Virus record (IMG/VR): IMGVR_UViG_3300034071_002938
DNA length: 20,000 bases
Direction: 5' to 3' (one strand)
Source of the DNA: an uncultured virus (IMG/VR IMGVR_UViG_3300034071_002938)
Taxonomy: Duplodnaviria; Heunggongvirae; Uroviricota; Caudoviricetes
Under the pieces are notes generated by a model. That model was not told the DNA's origin and made no database searches. It saw only the letters and a list, made by a program, of their open reading frames with translations. How positions within the stretch are numbered: the first letter of the stretch is position 1; each line of letters begins with the position of its first letter. Positions 15,607 to 20,000 of this stretch are shown here, in pieces. A program made the position numbers and the translations under genes.

Positions 15607-15897
15607 ATGACGGATCCTGTTGGGGTTCGTCCCAGGTACGTATTTGTGGGAGTCGACGGACCGATCCTGTCCAGAGAGTCTCAGAACAGGTACGTCAAAA
15701 ACTATGGCATGTGGGGTCTTTGCGACCATTTCGATGAGCAAGGTGTCCACCGAGTCAAGGAGTGTAAAGGGAACACAAGTCTTGTTGGTGTACAGCTCTA
15801 CCCAGCGACACGGGCTGCTGCGATCGAATGCCACGAAGCAGAAGAAGAATCGGAATGCTGCCCGTTCTGCAAGCGACCATACCCCGAAGAGGAATGA
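15607..15897 (+). CDS. Hypothetical protein (96 aa) with C-terminal CPFC motif
   Basis: GAGGA RBS before ATG 15607 within ORF 15478..15897. Confidence 0.7.
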   Translation: MTDPVGVRPRYVFVGVDGPILSRESQNRYVKNYGMWGLCDHFDEQGVHRVKECKGNTSLVGVQLYPATRAAAIECHEAEEESECCPFCKRPYPEEE

Positions 15898-15898
15898 G

Positions 15899-16444
15899 AT
15901 GAAGCCATACAAAGATCCCAAGAAGTACTGGTCGGCCATTAGGCAGAGCTACCTGTCTTTCGAGAAAGCCGGATATCGATTCCGGAACAAGCATGTCGCG
16001 CTGCTCGACGATCTCAAAGCCCGGCGTACGAACCTTCAGAGCCAGGCAGATGGCCCAGAGATCAGGAATCTGATCACATCGTTGACTCAGGCGATTCGTG
16101 TTGTCGAAACGATGCTGGATACCTTCACTGTGATCCAGTTTCCGACAAGCCATAAGTCCGGGGCTTTCACAGAGGCGATGACCTTGGTGAATGATCGGAT
16201 TGAGGACTACAACAAGCGTGGTCAGAAGAGGTTTCAGGTCGAGGCCGTTCGTATTGAGACAGTGAACAGGCTGTCCAACTCCGCAACAGTAGATGAAGCC
16301 ATCGCGGAGGCACAACGCAAGATCTTCATCAGTCCAGTGGATATACAGCACGGCCGGGAGGCGCTAACCCGCGGAGAGGTTGCAGTCTTCAGCGACGGAT
16401 CCGTGCAGATCACGGTCACCCCGGCAGGCAGGAGCAGGTCATGA
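15899..16444 (+). CDS. Hypothetical protein (181 aa), possible paralog family E
   Basis: GAGGA RBS before ATG 15899 within ORF 15620..16444. Confidence 0.8.
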   Translation: MKPYKDPKKYWSAIRQSYLSFEKAGYRFRNKHVALLDDLKARRTNLQSQADGPEIRNLITSLTQAIRVVETMLDTFTVIQFPTSHKSGAFTEAMTLVNDRIEDYNKRGQKRFQVEAVRIETVNRLSNSATVDEAIAEAQRKIFISPVDIQHGREALTRGEVAVFSDGSVQITVTPAGRSRS

Positions 16445-16692
16445 AGAAACAAGAACTTCTCAAGATCAAGCTGAAGAAGATTGGATTCAGCCTTGAGGGT
16501 AACGAGCTGAAGATCCAGCTCAGCGGCCCTGAAGGCAGAGTCCGCTTGGAACTCGAGGCGAACCCAGAGAAAACAGGGGATGCCCTGGAGGAAGCTATCT
16601 TCCGGACAATCGGATATCTTCTCGGGGCACTACACAACGCAAATGTTGCGAGGGTCGCAGCTTCTGCGGAGACTGAGAAAGGAACTGAGTGA
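16441..16692 (+). CDS. Hypothetical protein (83 aa)
   Basis: AGGAG RBS and ATGA overlap. Confidence 0.75.
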   Translation: MKKQELLKIKLKKIGFSLEGNELKIQLSGPEGRVRLELEANPEKTGDALEEAIFRTIGYLLGALHNANVARVAASAETEKGTE

Positions 16693-17279
16693 TGGATACG
16701 GATACATCGATCTTTATCGCGATACTCGTCGTGGTCGTACTGGGGTTCGCTGCGATTGCGACATGGGCGGTCCTGCAAGGTACCAAGCCACATCTCCCAA
16801 ACGGGACCAGCTACGCGATCGGTATCTGGAAGACGGTCATGCACGTCGACACGACGGCCCGCGCCGTTGCGCCGTTCGAGCTGGACACCATTCTCGACGC
16901 GATCACGGAGACTGGGAAAGAGTGGTCCCGCACAGCTGGGAGTTTGAAGTTCGAGAAGTCGGCAGATCCTGACAAGGCCTTGTCTGGCATGATCGTGCTC
17001 ATGCTCGGTGACGGGGTGTTCGACAGGTACCGCGCCGATGCGGGGCTTCCAATCGGTGTTGTGGCGTTTCAGACCAATGCAACACAGACGTTCGGTAGCG
17101 GCCCGTTCATGCTTGTGATCAAGCGCTCTGCATCGGGGTTGGGTAGGTTGGTCGTGCACGAGACCTGCCACGCCCTCTGCACGGCTTCTCGCGCGAGCAT
17201 CGATGACAACCACAACCACAAGGCCCTCGCTGTGTGGGGTCCTGGTGGCATCGAGGAAACTGCAAGCAGTCGGGTATGA
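16689..17279 (+). CDS. Membrane-anchored zincin-like metallopeptidase (HExxH)
   Basis: N-terminal TM helix IFIAILVVVVLGFAAIATWAVL; LVVHETCHAL with HExxH at 17157-17171 and downstream HNH as possible third ligand. Start is GTG 16689 or ATG 16692. Confidence 0.65.
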   Translation: MMDTDTSIFIAILVVVVLGFAAIATWAVLQGTKPHLPNGTSYAIGIWKTVMHVDTTARAVAPFELDTILDAITETGKEWSRTAGSLKFEKSADPDKALSGMIVLMLGDGVFDRYRADAGLPIGVVAFQTNATQTFGSGPFMLVIKRSASGLGRLVVHETCHALCTASRASIDDNHNHKALAVWGPGGIEETASSRV

Positions 17280-17299
17280 TCTCGACAAGGAGCACGTCC

Positions 17300-17521
17300 A
17301 TGGAAGAGATCACACCATCTGACGCAGCAAAGCTGGCAGACGCCATCCGTCGTATCGACAAGGCGTTCAAGGAGCTGGACAACGCAGGACTGAATCGCAA
17401 GGCGATCGTCGTGCTGCTCAACGAGAGCACTGGCGTGGCCAGGCGAGACATCAACGCCATCTTGGATGGCCTCAACACCCTCGGGGCCACCTACCTCGAC
17501 AGGGCGAAGGAGCAGGGATGA
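17300..17521 (+). CDS. Small helical hypothetical protein (73 aa)
   Basis: AAGGAG 17287-17292 before ATG 17300 (alternative ATG 17276 via ATGA overlap). Confidence 0.75.
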   Translation: MEEITPSDAAKLADAIRRIDKAFKELDNAGLNRKAIVVLLNESTGVARRDINAILDGLNTLGATYLDRAKEQG

Positions 17522-18006
17522 CATACGAGGAGATCTTTGAGAAGGCAGCCGTCCTCGACTCTCGCTACGAATCGCTCATCGTCTACATCGCGGAGAGCAT
17601 GACGAAGAAGCAGCTCGATGATGAGGGCGGGCTTGCGGCTCTGCGTGAGGACGTCCATACCGCGTTGTTTGAGTTGAACGTGGAGTTCGATCTCGATATC
17701 AAGAATGCTGAGTTCTGGAAGGTAGAGATCGACAAGCGCGAGGATGGCTGCATTCACGTGGACATCGTACCAAGGGCGGTGGCAGACATCATCGCGGCCG
17801 GTGAGAAGCTCACAATGGTGGAATGCGAGCCAAGCCATGAGGCCCGGAGATACCAGCTCTATGCCAACCGGATCTTGTGTACACATGACTCGTATTTCAT
17901 GACCATGATCTTGCTGGGCAAGTTCTTGGAGTCAGGCGGGCTCGCCCAGTTCGATCAGCACAGGACAGCTCTTGGGATGTCGGTAACCAAGAAGATGCTC
18001 AACTGA
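17518..18006 (+). CDS. Hypothetical protein (162 aa), paralog family G
   Basis: ATGA overlap; FWK...DIxPR...GKF motifs shared with ORF 18083-18616. Confidence 0.8.
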   Translation: MTYEEIFEKAAVLDSRYESLIVYIAESMTKKQLDDEGGLAALREDVHTALFELNVEFDLDIKNAEFWKVEIDKREDGCIHVDIVPRAVADIIAAGEKLTMVECEPSHEARRYQLYANRILCTHDSYFMTMILLGKFLESGGLAQFDQHRTALGMSVTKKMLN

Positions 18007-18025
18007 CCCCGAAGCACCTATGAGC

Positions 18026-18065
18026 AAACGACCGTCAGCTTCGGCTGGTGGTCGTTTCTCTTTTT
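18026..18065 (+). terminator. Rho-independent terminator with C(UUCG)G tetraloop
   Basis: AAACGACCGTCAGC-TTCG-GCTGGTGGTCGTTT followed by CTCTTTTT. Confidence 0.9.
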
Positions 18066-18082
18066 GATCCCATGGAGCCATA

Positions 18083-18616
18083 ATGATCCATCCGAATACA
18101 GCCGCTCCTACGCGAAAGGGTTTGGAGGCATCGGAGAACGAGTTCTTCACCTGGCTGTCAGCCCACCTCATCGAGACGATAGGGGGCTGGTCCGTGACCA
18201 GGCCTCACACCTTCGAGTCAATCTACCAGATCATTGCATCGAACCTGCTTCGAGCCAACATGACCTACGGTCTCGGAGTAGACGAGTTCTTCTGGAAGGC
18301 CGATGTAACCTACGTCCAAGATCATGATGTCTTCATCGACATCCGTCCACGAACTACGGAGGGCATGACGTTGGTGTGGAACGGTGATGATCTCACCATC
18401 GCTGGCTACGCCTTCAACGGACAGGGCCGCCTCCGCAACTTGGTCAACGCGGGTAAGTTCTTCGAGACGCTAGGCGGCTCGCTCCCCACGCTAGCTGCGA
18501 TGTCTGCCGAAGGGCATGTCGCATCTTACTTGATCTTTCGGATGAGGTCCGGGAAGATCCTTCTCATCCCACCCGAAGATGTACAAGATCTGCTCGTATT
18601 TCTAAAAGGAGTCTAG
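18083..18616 (+). CDS. Hypothetical protein (177 aa), paralog family G
   Basis: GGAG upstream; similarity to ORF 17518-18006. Confidence 0.8.
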   Translation: MIHPNTAAPTRKGLEASENEFFTWLSAHLIETIGGWSVTRPHTFESIYQIIASNLLRANMTYGLGVDEFFWKADVTYVQDHDVFIDIRPRTTEGMTLVWNGDDLTIAGYAFNGQGRLRNLVNAGKFFETLGGSLPTLAAMSAEGHVASYLIFRMRSGKILLIPPEDVQDLLVFLKGV

Positions 18617-19072
18617 ATGCCTACTCAGCAACAGTTCTGCCCAAAGTGTGCCTACATCGGTGTCATCGTTTCCAAGGGCCTCGCGGAGTGCCCGCTGTGC
18701 TCATGGAAGGGAGAGGCTCGTGAAACTCTCGGAGCCATCACAACTGAAACCTTCTGGGACGAGAAGAGGGTGGGCGACCTTCTCATCAACGTCCTGGCCC
18801 GTCATGCAGCAGGCCCGCTGGTTCAGGCGCTCGAGCATGTCGGTCTTCTTCCCAAGATGATCAAGACAGAGAACCCGGCAGATGCGCTCGTCTGGAACCG
18901 GGAAGCACAGAAGGCGCGTGATGAGACGATGCGCGCGGTGATGGAGGCGGCGATCACCTCAGCGTTCAATGAAGCTGTGAAGCAAAACAAGCTGTTCGCG
19001 ATCGCCACGGACGGCTACCAACATCCCATGCTCGAGCCCAAAGAGCGCGAGTTCGGAGGAGACAAGAAGTGA
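18617..19072 (+). CDS. Hypothetical protein with N-terminal Zn ribbon (CPKC...CPLC-x-W-x-G)
   Basis: AAGGAG RBS; two CxxC motifs. Confidence 0.8.
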   Translation: MPTQQQFCPKCAYIGVIVSKGLAECPLCSWKGEARETLGAITTETFWDEKRVGDLLINVLARHAAGPLVQALEHVGLLPKMIKTENPADALVWNREAQKARDETMRAVMEAAITSAFNEAVKQNKLFAIATDGYQHPMLEPKEREFGGDKK

Positions 19073-19761
19073 CCCACCATGTTTCGAGTGATGTTCGCCA
19101 ACACCTTCGTCGCTACAACACCTTCCTGCGAAGCATGTGGTGGGCCGCGGAGATCAGGAAGTACCCGCGGTTCGTGCAGGACCTCGTTCTTCCGGAACTG
19201 ACAAGTGATGAGCTTGTTCGCCGCTTCGAGGAGTGGCTGAGCCTCGGGGAACCTGACGGCATCATCACTCTCGACGGAGTGACCACTGGGCGGCTTCAGA
19301 GCCGAGAGCCGAACACAACCTCGATCTCCTGCCCTCAGTGCGGGTCGTCCAACTTTTATTCGGGAACGACCGAGCACGAGGTGTACATCGGAGATGGTGG
19401 GGTAGTTTTCAGTCACAGGATAGGGGCGTCGGTGCCAGCGCTGATCTGCTTGCACTGTGAGACGGCGCTCATCTCTTACAAGGATCTTGTGGAGTTCGAT
19501 CTTCGTGCGGTGCAGAAGCTGGATCGACCGGAAGCCCTGACTGGTGCTGTATTCCGGTTCATGCGGAAGGCACTAGGTCTTCGTCTTTCTGATCTTAGCG
19601 ACCGCATTGGGGTATCCGCAGACAGTGCTCATGCCTGGGAGACTGGTCATGCGATACCTGATCCGGCTGCGTTCAAGAACCTTGTGCGCCTCGCAACAGA
19701 GCGGCTCGATGTCATGGCGACTGAGGGCACTACCGAAACAACCGAAGATGATGGGTGCTGA
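19069..19761 (+). CDS. MqsA-like antitoxin/regulator (Zn ribbon + XRE-type HTH) with N-terminal extension
   Basis: GGAGGAG RBS and GTGA overlap; CPQCG...VPALICLHCE Zn ribbon; LTGAVFRFMRKALGLRLSDLSDRIGVSADSAHAWETG HTH. Confidence 0.75.
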   Translation: MTHHVSSDVRQHLRRYNTFLRSMWWAAEIRKYPRFVQDLVLPELTSDELVRRFEEWLSLGEPDGIITLDGVTTGRLQSREPNTTSISCPQCGSSNFYSGTTEHEVYIGDGGVVFSHRIGASVPALICLHCETALISYKDLVEFDLRAVQKLDRPEALTGAVFRFMRKALGLRLSDLSDRIGVSADSAHAWETGHAIPDPAAFKNLVRLATERLDVMATEGTTETTEDDGC

Positions 19762-19762
19762 G

Positions 19763-19954
19763 ATGGCGGCAAAGAAGAAAGAAACGGTCGATCCTGTTAC
19801 TGCCGATATGGATGCCGTCATGGCATTCATTCGATCCAAGGATTCGTACAGACGTGCTGAGAAGTCCGACACGAGGATCTACCTCCGGATGATCAAGGAC
19901 GAGATTGACATGGAACTCGACGCATTGGGGAACGACGAGGCCGACGATGAGTAG
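19763..19954 (+). CDS. Small hypothetical protein with acidic C-terminus (~63 aa)
   Basis: In-frame ATGs at 19748, 19751 and 19763 within ORF 19607..19954; start uncertain. Confidence 0.65.
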   Translation: MAAKKKETVDPVTADMDAVMAFIRSKDSYRRAEKSDTRIYLRMIKDEIDMELDALGNDEADDE

Positions 19955-20000
19955 CCAGAGCTACTACTGGTGCAACAGCAAACCTCCGCCCAAGGAAAGT
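19947..20000 (+). CDS. 5' end of the next gene (MSSQSYYWCNSKPPPKES...), truncated by the window edge
   Basis: GAGG 19937-19940, ATG 19947 overlapping the upstream gene end, open to the edge. Confidence 0.5.
   Translation, partial: MSSQSYYWCNSKPPPKES

Larger units (their letters stand above)
1..20000 (+). mobile_element. Segment of a large dsDNA phage or prophage genome (accessory gene region)
   Basis: Unidirectional, tightly overlapping small hypothetical genes, many Zn ribbons, a G/GT-like frameshift pair, and no cellular housekeeping genes. Confidence 0.8.

Noticed and set aside
15478..15898. Long upstream starts given by the ORF track (15478, 15620; likewise 1587, 4115, 4732, 11358, 12533, 19607)
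   Set aside because: They overlap upstream genes extensively. Downstream starts with an RBS or a stop/start junction are more plausible.
250..19872. All minus-strand ORFs in the track (e.g. 2056..2754, 8481..9269, 16416..17288)
   Set aside because: They are antisense shadows of a fully tiled + strand gene set, with no recognisable motifs; such ORFs are expected at this GC content.
1..20000. CRISPR array, rRNA/tRNA, IS element, integrase or alternative genetic code
   Set aside because: No regularly spaced repeats, RNA gene signatures, transposase or recombinase motifs were seen, and the genes tile well under the standard code.

Overview
This 20 kb window is densely coding and moderately GC-rich. 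About 45 short genes all lie on the + strand, joined by ATGA/GTGA/TGATG overlaps and GGAG(G) ribosome-binding sites, and four hairpin + U-tract terminators punctuate them. The layout indicates the accessory region of a large dsDNA phage or prophage (inference; no integrase, capsid, terminase or host housekeeping gene is visible). The few recognisable products are a class I SAM-dependent methyltransferase-like protein (6321-6839), a membrane-anchored HExxH metallopeptidase-like protein (16689-17279), an orphan MqsA-like Zn-ribbon/HTH protein (19069-19761) and several Cys-rich Zn-binding proteins. The strongest signal is a candidate programmed -1 ribosomal frameshift. An in-frame A_AAA_AAT heptamer (9194-9200) lies one codon before the stop of ORF 8238-9206. 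Eight nt downstream is a long stem-loop closed by a perfect 13-bp inverted repeat. The shift would fuse the ORF to the -1 frame ending at 9628, resembling a lambda gpG/gpGT tail-assembly-chaperone pair but with no tail operon nearby. Also notable are an attenuator- or sRNA-like multi-hairpin element with an 11-codon leader ORF (3605-3728), a recurring GCA(C/A)CTAT(A/G)AGC motif, and about seven small paralogous families among the hypothetical proteins. All alignments and folds were done by eye.
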